Made by a program: the position numbers and the translations under genes. This document shows, piece by piece, positions 33,621 to 43,920 of a stretch of DNA of 64,000 nt. Every line of letters starts with the position of its first letter. Within the stretch, counting starts at the first letter, position 1. A model generated the notes under the pieces. That model searched no databases. It saw only the letters and a list, made by a program, of their open reading frames with translations, and had not been told where the DNA came from. The stretch comes from Escherichia coli (lineage in GTDB: Bacteria > Pseudomonadota > Gammaproteobacteria > Enterobacterales > Enterobacteriaceae), in the NCBI RefSeq assembly GCF_003018255.1, contig NZ_CP027440.1; one strand, written 5' to 3'.

Positions 33621-34412
33621 TCAGAAGCGCGGCATACTTAAGCCGCCGTCGATGGCGACCGCCTGACCACAGGTGTAAATCAGTTTACCTTCCGCCATCG
33701 CGCGGACAGTGGAAGCAATATCAGCCGGATAACCCCAACGTCCCCACGGCACCAGACCTTTGGCAATCAGTTCGTCGTAATAGGCCGTTGCCGGAATAGT
33801 CATATCGGTTTTGATGAGACCAGGACGCACTTCATATACGCCAATTTGTTCATTACAAAGGCGAGCAGCAAATAGACGAGCAGCGGCAGAGACGGCAGTT
33901 TTGGCAATGGTATATTCGCCGCGATTCATCGCCAGCATGATGGCGTTGATGGAACTGACGAAAATAATCGAGCGGTGCGGCAGTTCTGCTTCCGGTTTCG
34001 GCTGTGCCAGTAAGCGCTTACTGAATGCCTGAGCGAGGAAGAACGGTGCGCGGGTGTTAATGGCAATATTTTGGTCGAAGCTGTCTGGTTCGAGGTCGAG
34101 AAGATCACCGCGTTTTTTCACTGAAATGCCTGCGTTGTTGAGCAGGCAGTCCAGACGTCCCCACTGGTTTTGCGCTGCGTCGAGCATCTCTTCATGCAGG
34201 GAGAGATCGCCCACATCAGCAGGGAAGCAAATCACTTCCACGCCTTCCGCCAGACATTCTTGTTGTGTGGCATGTAATTTTTCTACGCTATCCGCATCCG
34301 GACGATCATTAATCAGCAGATTAAATCCGCCACGCGCAAGCTCCAGCGCACAGCCCTTTCCAATACCACGAGCGGCTCCGGTAATCACGGCAACAGGAAG
34401 AGTGGATTTCAT
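33621..34412 (-). CDS. Short-chain dehydrogenase/reductase (SDR)
   Basis: 263 aa; cofactor motif TGAARGIGKG and catalytic YxxxK (YTIAKTAV); first gene of the minus-strand operon. Confidence 0.8.
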   Translation of the reverse strand: MKSTLPVAVITGAARGIGKGCALELARGGFNLLINDRPDADSVEKLHATQQECLAEGVEVICFPADVGDLSLHEEMLDAAQNQWGRLDCLLNNAGISVKKRGDLLDLEPDSFDQNIAINTRAPFFLAQAFSKRLLAQPKPEAELPHRSIIFVSSINAIMLAMNRGEYTIAKTAVSAAARLFAARLCNEQIGVYEVRPGLIKTDMTIPATAYYDELIAKGLVPWGRWGYPADIASTVRAMAEGKLIYTCGQAVAIDGGLSMPRF

Positions 34413-34480
34413 ACAATAGCTCTCTTTTTTTGAATTTTGTTTCCTTAGTGATGATTAGCTTGCGACTGGAGGGTAAAAAG

Positions 34481-34502
34481 ATCAACCATCTAGTTGGTTG
34501 AT
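34481..34502. promoter_or_regulatory. Near-perfect 22-bp palindrome in the divergent SDR/TetR intergenic region (candidate TetR operator)
   Basis: ATCAACCATCTAGTTGGTTGAT, 20 of 22 positions self-complementary, 8-bp perfect arms. Confidence 0.4.
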
Positions 34503-34624
34503 ATGCGATGGCGATCACAGGACATTTGATAACCTGATGAAAGTACAAGTTTTTGCCCTTTTTTCTGAAGCTGAAATCAAATCAGGTTATGATAGTCACC
34601 ACGAAGAGGTCGTGGGGAAGCGTT

Positions 34625-35272
34625 ATGTATCTTGATACCAGCAACGTACAGAGCCTGAAAGAAAAGCTGCTGTTATGCGCGGTTAATGAATTTGCCGAAT
34701 ATGGTTACGAAGGGGCCAGAGTCGATAATATCGTCAAGGCCGCGGGGTGCAGTAAACAGACGGTTTATCACCACTTTGGTAATAAAGAAAATTTATTTAT
34801 CGAAGTACTGGAATATACCTGGAACGATATTCGACAAAAAGAAAAGGCCCTTGATTTCTCAGATCTTCCGCCACAGAAAGCCATTGAGAAAATAATCGAT
34901 TTTACATGGGATTATTATATTTCTAATCCCTGGTTTTTAAAAATTGTGCATAGTGAAAATCAAAGTAAGGGTGTGCATTATGCAAAGTCACAGCGTCTTT
35001 TAGAAATTAACCATGCGCACTTGCAGTTAATGGAATCCTTATTGGATGAAGGGAAGAAAAACAATATTTTTAAGCCAGATATCGACCCATTGCAGGTGAA
35101 TATTAATATTGCTGCGCTTGGGGGATATTATTTGATCAACCAGCATACGCTTGGTCTGGTTTATCACATCAGTATGGTTTCACCCCAGGCACTGGAAGCC
35201 AGACGTAAGGTCATCAAAGAGACAATCCTTAGCTGGCTTTTGGTTGACCCTTCATCTACCGCGCGCGAATAA
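34625..35272 (+). CDS. TetR/AcrR-family transcriptional regulator
   Basis: ORF track 34553..35272 begins at a TTG; ATG at 34625 with ggggaag RBS is more plausible (215 aa); TetR_N HTH ([27 protein letters not shown]). Confidence 0.75.
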   Translation: MYLDTSNVQSLKEKLLLCAVNEFAEYGYEGARVDNIVKAAGCSKQTVYHHFGNKENLFIEVLEYTWNDIRQKEKALDFSDLPPQKAIEKIIDFTWDYYISNPWFLKIVHSENQSKGVHYAKSQRLLEINHAHLQLMESLLDEGKKNNIFKPDIDPLQVNINIAALGGYYLINQHTLGLVYHISMVSPQALEARRKVIKETILSWLLVDPSSTARE

Positions 35273-35894
35273 AACTGCCATCCGGCTGGCGGGTAAACAG
35301 GACCTGTTGATTATTCCCCGTATCAATGGTTAAGCCCGTCACCACGCCGCTGGCGTTCTGGCGGATTTTCACCATCTGCCCGTTTTGCAAATTACTCAGT
35401 GGCTTATCCGCGCCTTCTACCTGCGCCATGGCATAGACATCGGTAGCGGGCAGTCCGTGGTCGCGGAACAGCTGCGCCATCGTTTTACCGGGTTCGACAC
35501 GATAGGAGCGCCATTGATTATCAATTCCGCTATCTGGCTGGAATGGTTGCGTATGGGTGGTTTGCGGCTGCTCTTCTGGCTGGCCTTCCTGTATTGGTTC
35601 TGGAGCGACCGGAGCCACCTGATCAGGATCATTTTGTGGCGTGACTAATTGCGCCCGCAGCTGTTCTTCTGTCGGTGGTTGTGATTGCGACTGAATATCT
35701 AACTGCGCTTCACGCGTCACCACCGGCGCGTTGGGCGTATCATCAGATGGAAGCAGAAATCCGACTACCAATACAATGGCGGCAATAATGATCCCCCGAC
35801 GATGCATCGGCGGCAGCGGGTCCATGAAGCGAAAATTGTCCGGCGCGTGCCAGACTTTCTCCAGGGTTGGTTTTAGTTCAAAGCGCCCGGGCAT
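35256..35894 (-). CDS. ytfB: Cell-division-associated OapA/LysM-domain protein YtfB
   Basis: ORF track 35256..35930; start at [21 protein letters not shown], 212 aa; Pro/Gln-rich linker and C-terminal OapA-like domain. Confidence 0.85.
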   Translation of the reverse strand: MPGRFELKPTLEKVWHAPDNFRFMDPLPPMHRRGIIIAAIVLVVGFLLPSDDTPNAPVVTREAQLDIQSQSQPPTEEQLRAQLVTPQNDPDQVAPVAPEPIQEGQPEEQPQTTHTQPFQPDSGIDNQWRSYRVEPGKTMAQLFRDHGLPATDVYAMAQVEGADKPLSNLQNGQMVKIRQNASGVVTGLTIDTGNNQQVLFTRQPDGSFIRAR

Positions 35895-36111
35895 GGTTTC
35901 CTCCTGCTCCGCGTCTTGTTCCTCAATCATAGCCTATGAATAAGCTAACGCTATGATGTCCGTGGTAAACCCGCCTTTATTATATTCATACGGGATATTG
36001 CTATTGTTTCTTTTTCCCCGGGATTTGTCATCATTCCCGCGACAAAGTTTTACCCAAAGAAGTGTGGCTGATATGCTGCCCGCTACTTTATACCCTAAGA
36101 AAGGAAATACG

Positions 36112-36732
36112 ATGACCACCCCAACTTTTGACACCATCGAAGCGCAAGCAAGCTACGGCATTGGTTTGCAGGTAGGGCAACAACTGAGTGAATCTGGCCT
36201 GGAAGGGCTGCTGCCAGAAGCACTGGTTGCAGGCATTGCCGATGCGCTGGAAGGCAAACATCCGGCTGTTCCGGTTGATGTGGTGCACCGCGCGCTGCGT
36301 GAAATCCACGAACGCGCCGATGCCGTTCGTCGTCAGCGTTTCCAGGCGATGGCTGCTGAAGGTGTGAAATACCTGGAAGAAAACGCCAAAAAAGAAGGTG
36401 TAAATAGCACCGAATCTGGCCTGCAATTCCGCGTGATCAACCAGGGCGAAGGCGCAATTCCGGCACGTACCGACCGCGTTCGTGTTCATTACACCGGAAA
36501 ACTGATCGACGGCACCGTGTTTGACAGCTCCGTTGCTCGCGGCGAGCCAGCTGAATTCCCGGTTAACGGCGTGATCCCTGGCTGGATTGAAGCACTGACT
36601 CTGATGCCGGTAGGTTCTAAATGGGAACTGACTATCCCGCAGGAACTGGCATATGGCGAGCGTGGCGCAGGCGCGTCCATCCCTCCGTTCAGCACCCTGG
36701 TGTTTGAAGTCGAACTGCTGGAAATCCTCTAA
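36112..36732 (+). CDS. fklB: FKBP-type peptidyl-prolyl cis-trans isomerase
   Basis: ORF track 35953..36732; start at ATG 36112 ([20 protein letters not shown]) after aaggaaa RBS, 206 aa. Confidence 0.93.
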
Positions 36733-37040
36733 GCAGCGCATTCTGTTCCCCTCGAACCAGAGGGGAGCAGACATTCAGCAATAAACCCTTCAGTTTGCCA
36801 AACGGCGCTATTTTGTGTTGCAAAGACCCCGTAAGCGTGTATTTTTGTGAGCTGTTTCGCGTTATCACCGTGATATGACACTCACTTTAAACATAAAATT
36901 AACATTAGATCTAAATCTTAGTATTCATACCGCGTATTGTTACCTAATATCGATGAGTCCCGATACAGATTCGTCGTATCATAGACTGACTAAAGGCCGT
37001 AGAGCCTGAACAACACAGACAGGTACAGGAAGAAAAAAAC

Positions 37041-38453
37041 ATGGTAGATCAGGTAAAAGTCGTTGCCGATGATCAGGCTCCGGCTGAACAGTCGCTACGG
37101 CGCAATCTCACAAACCGACATATTCAGCTTATTGCCATTGGCGGTGCCATTGGTACAGGGTTGTTTATGGGGTCCGGCAAAACGATTAGCCTTGCCGGGC
37201 CGTCGATCATTTTCGTTTATATGATCATCGGTTTTATGCTCTTTTTCGTGATGCGGGCAATGGGGGAATTGCTGCTTTCGAATCTGGAATACAAATCTTT
37301 TAGTGACTTCGCTTCCGATTTACTCGGGCCGTGGGCAGGATATTTCACCGGCTGGACCTACTGGTTCTGCTGGGTTGTAACCGGTATGGCAGACGTGGTG
37401 GCGATCACGGCTTATGCTCAGTTCTGGTTCCCCGATCTCTCCGACTGGGTCGCCTCGCTGGCGGTGATAGTGCTGCTGCTGACGCTTAACCTCGCCACCG
37501 TGAAAATGTTCGGTGAGATGGAGTTCTGGTTTGCGATGATCAAAATCGTCGCCATTGTGTCGCTGATAGTCGTCGGCCTGGTCATGGTGGCGATGCACTT
37601 TCAGTCACCGACCGGTGTGGAAGCGTCATTCGCGCATTTGTGGAATGATGGCGGCTGGTTCCCGAAAGGTTTAAGTGGCTTCTTTGCCGGATTCCAGATA
37701 GCGGTTTTCGCTTTCGTGGGGATTGAGCTGGTAGGTACAACAGCTGCGGAAACCAAAGATCCAGAGAAATCACTGCCACGCGCGATTAACTCCATTCCGA
37801 TCCGTATCATTATGTTCTACGTCTTCGCGCTGATTGTGATTATGTCCGTGACGCCGTGGAGTTCGGTAGTCCCGGAGAAAAGCCCGTTCGTTGAACTGTT
37901 TGTGTTGGTAGGTTTGCCTGCGGCTGCCAGCGTGATCAACTTTGTGGTGCTGACCTCTGCGGCGTCTTCCGCTAACAGCGGTGTCTTCTCTACCAGCCGT
38001 ATGCTGTTTGGTCTGGCCCAGGAAGGTGTGGCACCGAAAGCGTTCGCTAAACTCTCTAAGCGCGCAGTACCCGCGAAAGGGCTGACCTTCTCTTGTATCT
38101 GTCTGCTCGGCGGCGTGGTGATGTTGTATGTGAATCCCAGCGTGATTGGCGCGTTCACGATGATTACAACCGTTTCCGCGATTCTGTTTATGTTTGTCTG
38201 GACGATTATCCTTTGCTCGTACCTGGTGTATCGCAAACAGCGTCCTCATCTGCATGAGAAGTCGATCTACAAGATGCCACTCGGCAAGCTGATGTGCTGG
38301 GTATGTATGGCGTTCTTTGTGTTTGTTCTGGTGTTGTTGACACTGGAAGATGACACCCGCCAGGCGCTGCTGGTTACCCCGCTGTGGTTTATCGCGCTGG
38401 GGCTGGGCTGGCTGTTTATTGGTAAGAAGCGGGCTGCTGAACTGCGGAAATAA
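37041..38453 (+). CDS. cycA: D-serine/D-alanine/glycine:H+ symporter (APC family)
   Basis: 470 aa amino-acid permease, MVDQVKVVADDQAPAEQSLRRNLTNRHIQLIAIGGAIGTGLF. Confidence 0.95.
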   Translation: MVDQVKVVADDQAPAEQSLRRNLTNRHIQLIAIGGAIGTGLFMGSGKTISLAGPSIIFVYMIIGFMLFFVMRAMGELLLSNLEYKSFSDFASDLLGPWAGYFTGWTYWFCWVVTGMADVVAITAYAQFWFPDLSDWVASLAVIVLLLTLNLATVKMFGEMEFWFAMIKIVAIVSLIVVGLVMVAMHFQSPTGVEASFAHLWNDGGWFPKGLSGFFAGFQIAVFAFVGIELVGTTAAETKDPEKSLPRAINSIPIRIIMFYVFALIVIMSVTPWSSVVPEKSPFVELFVLVGLPAAASVINFVVLTSAASSANSGVFSTSRMLFGLAQEGVAPKAFAKLSKRAVPAKGLTFSCICLLGGVVMLYVNPSVIGAFTMITTVSAILFMFVWTIILCSYLVYRKQRPHLHEKSIYKMPLGKLMCWVCMAFFVFVLVLLTLEDDTRQALLVTPLWFIALGLGWLFIGKKRAAELRK

Positions 38454-38497
38454 TCGCATTATCATGCTGGATGGCGCAATGCCATCCAGCTTTTAGA

Positions 38498-39160
38498 TCA
38501 CTCACCCGCCAGCGCGCGCGGGAATAGTACATTGTTTTCCAGACTGATGTGCTCCATCAGGTCATCAATCAGTTCATTAATGCCGTTATACATCGCTTTC
38601 CAGGTGGTGCAGGCTTCCGGCGGCGGTGTGACGTTATTGGTGGTGTGTTTGATCACTTCCAGCAGTTCGCCCGCTTCATCGTGCTCGCTTTCCATTACGC
38701 TGATTGGCCCCATTGCCTGGCTGCCCATGCCTTGTTTAATCATCGGGAAGAGAATTTGCTCTTCTTTCATCATGTGGCTGGAAAGCTCTTCATGCAGCAT
38801 AGTCAGGTATTTTGTCAGCCCTTTTGGCACACTTGGTTTGTCGGCGTGAACGCGCTCGACTTTAGTCGCTTGCAGGATCAGCTCCGGCAGTTGCTCGCGG
38901 TGGCGATCGTGGTAGCGCACGATGATATGGTCGATGATTTCTGCCAGCGGGGCGCTACGCCAGTCTTTCTCAATCGGTTGTTCAGCAAGCTTTGCCAGTT
39001 CGGCTTCAATGACGTCAACATCCAGTTCTTTACGTGCCGCCGCGCGCGCCAGCGTCTGCTTACCGCCACAGCAGTAATCCATATCATATTTACGAAACAG
39101 AGCCGAAGCGCGAGGAATAGAGAGCGCCAGTTCACCTAAAGGTTGGTCGCGATAAGCCAT
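38498..39160 (-). CDS. ytfE: Iron-sulfur cluster repair di-iron protein YtfE (RIC)
   Basis: 220 aa [33 protein letters not shown], hemerythrin-like domain. Confidence 0.93.
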   Translation of the reverse strand: MAYRDQPLGELALSIPRASALFRKYDMDYCCGGKQTLARAAARKELDVDVIEAELAKLAEQPIEKDWRSAPLAEIIDHIIVRYHDRHREQLPELILQATKVERVHADKPSVPKGLTKYLTMLHEELSSHMMKEEQILFPMIKQGMGSQAMGPISVMESEHDEAGELLEVIKHTTNNVTPPPEACTTWKAMYNGINELIDDLMEHISLENNVLFPRALAGE

Positions 39161-39267
39161 AGCTGATACCTCATTCTTAATAAGATAAGATGCATTTTAA
39201 ATGCATCTTTATGGCAAATGCTATAACCCTTACGTAGCAGAGGCTTATTTAACTCACTGCCAGCGTG

Positions 39268-40242
39268 TCAACTTTCTGAGACAGATTCAGTTAAAGGTTT
39301 TTCTGGTTTTGCTCTGACTGCAATGACCACGCCAACCACTAACAGCGCGATACCGCTTAGCGTCATTAGCGGCGGCATTTGCTGGCGTAACAAAAAGGTG
39401 TACAGCAAGCCTGCCAGCGTTTCGAAAACAATCAGCGGCCCGAGAATCACTGTCGGTAATCGCTGGCTGGCGACGTTCCAGCAGAGTGCGCCAACCCATG
39501 AGCAAAGCACGGCTATCGCAACCATCAGACTAATAAACACCAGCGGACGGGGGCCAAAGGGTAGGGAGAAGCCCGGCGTTTGCGTATTCAGCCAGTAACA
39601 GGCGACGAGATAGCCGATGAGAGAAACCGGCAGCGTGACCAGCGCCTGCGCCGTCGCCCACATCATCGGATGTTTGTCGGGATTCTCCCGCAGCCAGCGG
39701 GCGTTGCGCAGGGCATACCATGCCCAGCAGACCACGGAAACTAACGCCAGCACGATGCCAGAGGTATAACGTGCCCAGTCAAAATCGGGGAGTCCGTGGT
39801 TTAACTCAGCAATATTCACACACGCCAGGCCGATGCCAATACAAACCAGTGCCGGGGCGAGTTTTCCCCACGCGAGTTTGCCGTCGCGCTGGCTATAAAG
39901 CAGATTGGCAAAAACGGGAATCACCACCGGCAGGGTGCCAATAATCATCGTGGAAACAGGCGCGCCAGTACGTTGAATGGCACTGGCAAGGCAGAAGTAA
40001 TAGATGAGGTTGCCCATCATGGTGAGCATCAAGGCGGTAAGCCAGTCGCGACGCGCCAACTGACGCAGACGCACGCGTCCCAGCCAGGCAATGGGCAGCG
40101 CAATTAACCCTAACGCCAGATAACGCCCCATCGACTGCAACATCGCCGGGTATTCCGGCACGATCAACGGCCCGACAAAAATAAGCCCCCACATCAACCC
40201 TGCTAACAGGGCGTACAGCACGCCGCTAATCATTACTGGCAT
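39268..40242 (-). CDS. ytfF: DMT-superfamily (EamA-like) inner-membrane transporter YtfF
   Basis: 324 aa polytopic ORF; an internal Met (MISGVLYAL) is a possible alternative start. Confidence 0.85.
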   Translation of the reverse strand: MPVMISGVLYALLAGLMWGLIFVGPLIVPEYPAMLQSMGRYLALGLIALPIAWLGRVRLRQLARRDWLTALMLTMMGNLIYYFCLASAIQRTGAPVSTMIIGTLPVVIPVFANLLYSQRDGKLAWGKLAPALVCIGIGLACVNIAELNHGLPDFDWARYTSGIVLALVSVVCWAWYALRNARWLRENPDKHPMMWATAQALVTLPVSLIGYLVACYWLNTQTPGFSLPFGPRPLVFISLMVAIAVLCSWVGALCWNVASQRLPTVILGPLIVFETLAGLLYTFLLRQQMPPLMTLSGIALLVVGVVIAVRAKPEKPLTESVSES

Positions 40243-40340
40243 CCATTGGTCTGTCAGAAGAAAGTTCAGGAAGCAGACATGATTGCTCCCGGCATCCCGT
40301 CATTATCAGAGAGGATGCGGGAGGATGCCACTTTAATTAA

Positions 40341-41201
40341 CTAGTTATTAACATTAAAAAGATGGCTTACGCTTTCGGCTAACGTTGTCGTTGGGCGGCC
40401 AATCAATTTGCTAAGCGTTTTGCTGTCATCAAACAGACCGCCTTTCGATGCGCCAACGTCAGAATCCGCCAGCATATCCGCCAGTCCATCAGGCAGTCCG
40501 ACGCTTTTCAGTGCCGCAGCGAAATCAGCTTCGCTCAGGTTTTGATAGGTAACCTGTTTGCCGCTCTGTTTGGTGAGTTCTGCCGCTAACTGTGTCAGCG
40601 TCCAGGCACTATCGCCCGCCAGTTCGTAAACCTTGCCTTCGTGACCGGCTTCGCTAATCACGCGTGCCGCAGCTACCGCATAATCAGCCCGCGTTGCTGA
40701 GGCAATTTTGCCATCGCCTGCGGCACCGATAAATACGCCGTGCTCCAGTGCTGCCGGGGCGCTGGCGAGGTAGTTTTCGGTGTACCAGCCGTTGCGCAGC
40801 AGGGTGTAAACGATGCCAGAATCAGCCAGCATTTTCTCCGTCTCGATGTGCTCATCGGCGAGGCCGAGCGGGGAGGAATCGGCATGTAGCAGGCTGGTAT
40901 AAGCGATAAATTTCACGCCGGCCGCCTTTGCGGCATTAATAACATTACGATGCTGCGGGGCACGTTGACCCACTTCGCTGGAAGAGATCAGCAGTAGTTT
41001 TTCCACTCCCTGAAGTGCAGATGTCAGTGCGGCTTCATCGCCGTAATCAGCCTGACGCACGGTAATGCCTTGTGCTGTCAGTGCCTGTGCTTTTGCCGGA
41101 TTACGAACGATAGCCACTATTTGGCTGGCAGGAACCGTTTTCATCAAGGATTCAATAACATAGTGACCAAGTTGGCCAGTGGCACCAGTAATAGCGATCA
41201 T
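40341..41201 (-). CDS. qorB: NAD(P)H:quinone oxidoreductase QorB (YtfG)
   Basis: 286 aa MIAITGATGQLGHYVIESL NmrA-like Rossmann fold. Confidence 0.92.
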   Translation of the reverse strand: MIAITGATGQLGHYVIESLMKTVPASQIVAIVRNPAKAQALTAQGITVRQADYGDEAALTSALQGVEKLLLISSSEVGQRAPQHRNVINAAKAAGVKFIAYTSLLHADSSPLGLADEHIETEKMLADSGIVYTLLRNGWYTENYLASAPAALEHGVFIGAAGDGKIASATRADYAVAAARVISEAGHEGKVYELAGDSAWTLTQLAAELTKQSGKQVTYQNLSEADFAAALKSVGLPDGLADMLADSDVGASKGGLFDDSKTLSKLIGRPTTTLAESVSHLFNVNN

Positions 41202-41289
41202 GGGAAGTCTCCATCGTTTTGTCTTGTGTTTAAATACGCTAACACTTAAACTTACTTTTAGTAAGTACGTACAAAAAGGTAAGTATGAG

Positions 41290-41670
41290 ATGAGTCAGGT
41301 TAGCCTGTCGCAACAACTGAAAGAGGGAAATCTCTTCGCTGAACAGTGTCCGTCGCGCGAGGTTTTGAAACACGTCACCAGCCGTTGGGGGGTGTTGATT
41401 CTGGTGGCGCTACGCGAAGGTACTCATCGCTTTAGCGACCTGCGGCGCAAAATCGGCGGGGTGAGTGAAAAGATGCTTGCGCAGTCGTTACAGGCGCTAG
41501 AGCAGGATGGTTTTCTTAACCGTATCGCGTATCCGGTAACGCCGCCGCATGTGGAATATAGCCTCACGCCGCTGGGCGAGCAGGTGAGCGAAAAGGTTGC
41601 TGCACTGGCGGACTGGATTGAGTTGAATTTGCCCGAGGTGTTGGCGGTGCGGGATGAACGTGCGGCGTAG
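41290..41670 (+). CDS. ytfH: HxlR-family transcriptional regulator YtfH
   Basis: ORF track 41179..41670; start at ATG 41290 (MSQVSLSQQLKEGNLFAEQCPSREVLKHVTSRWG), 126 aa; divergent from qorB. Confidence 0.88.
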   Translation: MSQVSLSQQLKEGNLFAEQCPSREVLKHVTSRWGVLILVALREGTHRFSDLRRKIGGVSEKMLAQSLQALEQDGFLNRIAYPVTPPHVEYSLTPLGEQVSEKVAALADWIELNLPEVLAVRDERAA

Positions 41671-41671
41671 C

Positions 41672-41775
41672 TGCAGGATGCGCGGCCTACGGTGTATGAC
41701 TTGTAGGGCGGATAAGATGCGTCATCATCGCATCCGCCAATAAATGCCGGATGCGGTTGATGATTTGCAGGCCGA
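41672..41775. repeat. REP/BIME-like repeats
   Basis: ggcctac...gcatccgcc...gccggatgcgg motifs between ytfH and cpdB. Confidence 0.6.
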
Positions 41776-41787
41776 AAAAGAAGTGTA

Positions 41788-43731
41788 TTACTTACTCAAA
41801 TCCACCTGATAAATCGCAAACCCGATATCATCGGTCGCGACTTTATTCATCGGATATTGCCCTTTCTCTTTAATAAACGCCGCGGCTTTATCTGATGGAG
41901 AGGTTTCGAAACGGATATCCAGTTTCTTATCGCCAGCTATTGGTGCTAAACGCCAGTTGTTATCTGCCGCCGGGTGAATTTCCCCCGCACGTTTCGACTC
42001 ATCAGCAATCCACGCTGCCAGCACCGAGCGGTTCTCATCCGGTGAAGCAAAAGCGATATGGCTGTCGCCCGTACCGGCAAATTTGCCGCCGTAAGCGCGA
42101 TAGTTATTGGTGGCAACGAGGAACATGGCGTTCGGATCAATCGGCTTGCCGTTAAAGGTCAGGTTCTTAATCCTTTCCGCATTGGCATTAACCATCTGGC
42201 ACTCGCCGTCATAACGGGCGGGCTGGGTAACATCAATCTGATAATTCACACCATCAATAACATCAAAGTTATAGGTGCGGAAACCATCCCAGTTGATGAG
42301 TGACTGTGGTTTCGTGCTGTTAGGATCAATCTGGTTAAACTGTCCGGCGGAGCACTCCAGCCACTCTTTCACCTCTTTACCGCTGGCTTTCACCACAATC
42401 AGCGTATTGGGGTAGAGATAAAGATCGGCGGCATTACGGAAGGTCAACTGGCCTTTTTCCACCTCCACATAGCTTGCCGGGTCATTTTTGCGACCACCAA
42501 CTTTAAACGGTGCGGCAGCTGAAAGCACTGGCAGTTTTGCCAGATCCGGATCGCCCTGAATGTAATGCTCGACATACGCTTTTTGCGCGTTGTTCACCAC
42601 CTGCACGGTCGGATCGTCCTGCACAAGCGCCAGATAGCTATACATATTGTCGGCAGATTTACCGATTGGCTTGCTGACGAACTGGCGTGTGGCATCGTGA
42701 TCGGCTTTGAGTGTTTCTACCAGCTTGCTGTCTTCCGCCGCGAGGGATTTTTTATTCGCGATGTCGTAAATCGGCCGTGCTTCCGCTTTCGCCTGCGTCA
42801 CCTGCCATTTACCGCTGTCATTACTGAGTTGTAAGTCGACCACACCAAGATGATCGCCCCACATGCCTGGCATTACCGCCGGAACACCATTCAGCGTGCC
42901 TTTCGCGATATCAGCCCCTTCGATATCAGCAAAATCTTTACCTGGGAAAACGGCGTGAGCATGGCCAAACATAATGGCGTTAACGCCCGGAATTTCACTG
43001 AGGTAATAAACTGAGTTTTCCGCCATCACTTTATACGGATCGGCAGACAGCCCGGAATGCGCCAGAACGACAACGACATCGGCACCTTTCTCGCGCATTT
43101 CAGGCACGTATTTGCGCACGGTTTCGGTAATATCATTCACCGTCACTTTCCCGGATAAATTAGCTTTATCCCAGCCCATGATTTGTGGCGGGACGACGCC
43201 AATATAACCAATCTTCAGCGTCTGTTTTTTTCCGTCTTTATCGACCACTTCGGTGTCTTTAATTAAATACGGTGTAAACATTGGCTGTTTGGTTCTGGCG
43301 TCAATGACGTTGGCATTTACATAAGGGAATTTCGCTCCCGCCAGCGCATTTTTCAGATAATCCAGACCGTAGTTAAACTCGTGGTTGCCAAGCGTGCCGA
43401 CGGTATAGTCCAGCGTATTTAATGCCTTATAGACCGGGTGAATATCACCTGCTTTTAAACCTTTCGCCGACATGTAATCTGCAAGCGGACTCCCCTGAAT
43501 CAAATCGCCGTTATCGACCAGTACGCTGTTTTTCACTTCATTGCGGGCATCGTTAATCAGGCTTGCGGTACGTACCAGTCCGAATTTTTCCGTGGCGGTG
43601 TCTTTGTAATAATCGAAATCCATCATGTTGCTATGCAGATCAGTGGTTTCCATGATACGCAGATCGACCGTCGCTGCATTCACACTGGCGGCAATCAGCG
43701 TGGCCAGGAGCGTTGCGCTAAACTTAATCAT
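41788..43731 (-). CDS. cpdB: 2',3'-cyclic-nucleotide 2'-phosphodiesterase/3'-nucleotidase (periplasmic)
   Basis: ORF track 41788..43740; start at [19 protein letters not shown] signal peptide, 647 aa; metallophosphatase and 5'-nucleotidase C domains. Confidence 0.93.
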   Translation of the reverse strand: MIKFSATLLATLIAASVNAATVDLRIMETTDLHSNMMDFDYYKDTATEKFGLVRTASLINDARNEVKNSVLVDNGDLIQGSPLADYMSAKGLKAGDIHPVYKALNTLDYTVGTLGNHEFNYGLDYLKNALAGAKFPYVNANVIDARTKQPMFTPYLIKDTEVVDKDGKKQTLKIGYIGVVPPQIMGWDKANLSGKVTVNDITETVRKYVPEMREKGADVVVVLAHSGLSADPYKVMAENSVYYLSEIPGVNAIMFGHAHAVFPGKDFADIEGADIAKGTLNGVPAVMPGMWGDHLGVVDLQLSNDSGKWQVTQAKAEARPIYDIANKKSLAAEDSKLVETLKADHDATRQFVSKPIGKSADNMYSYLALVQDDPTVQVVNNAQKAYVEHYIQGDPDLAKLPVLSAAAPFKVGGRKNDPASYVEVEKGQLTFRNAADLYLYPNTLIVVKASGKEVKEWLECSAGQFNQIDPNSTKPQSLINWDGFRTYNFDVIDGVNYQIDVTQPARYDGECQMVNANAERIKNLTFNGKPIDPNAMFLVATNNYRAYGGKFAGTGDSHIAFASPDENRSVLAAWIADESKRAGEIHPAADNNWRLAPIAGDKKLDIRFETSPSDKAAAFIKEKGQYPMNKVATDDIGFAIYQVDLSK

Positions 43732-43920
43732 CAGGGACATCCTTTTATCATCGGGAATACGAAAGAAAAGGGAGAATAAACGTCTTACTTATAGAACAGT
43801 GAAGAATGCCACAATTTTACGCTTTGAAAATGATGACACTATCACAGTTGGCGCATTCATTAACGATAGGGTATAAGTAAAACAATAAGTTAACACCGCT
43901 CACAGAGACGAGGTGGAGAA

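Noticed and set aside
34553-34624. Extended N-terminus of the TetR ORF as given by the ORF track (start at 34553)
   Set aside because: Codon at 34553 is TTG without an RBS and the extension would precede the HTH by an atypical ~45 residues; the ATG at 34625 with a ggggaag RBS is preferred.
24741-35272. Integrase, transposase, IS element, tRNA attachment site or flanking direct repeats for the accessory cassette
   Set aside because: Looked for but not found: no ORF in the cassette resembles a recombinase or transposase, and no tRNA gene or obvious duplicated target site was seen by eye. Absence cannot be proven without a computational repeat search.
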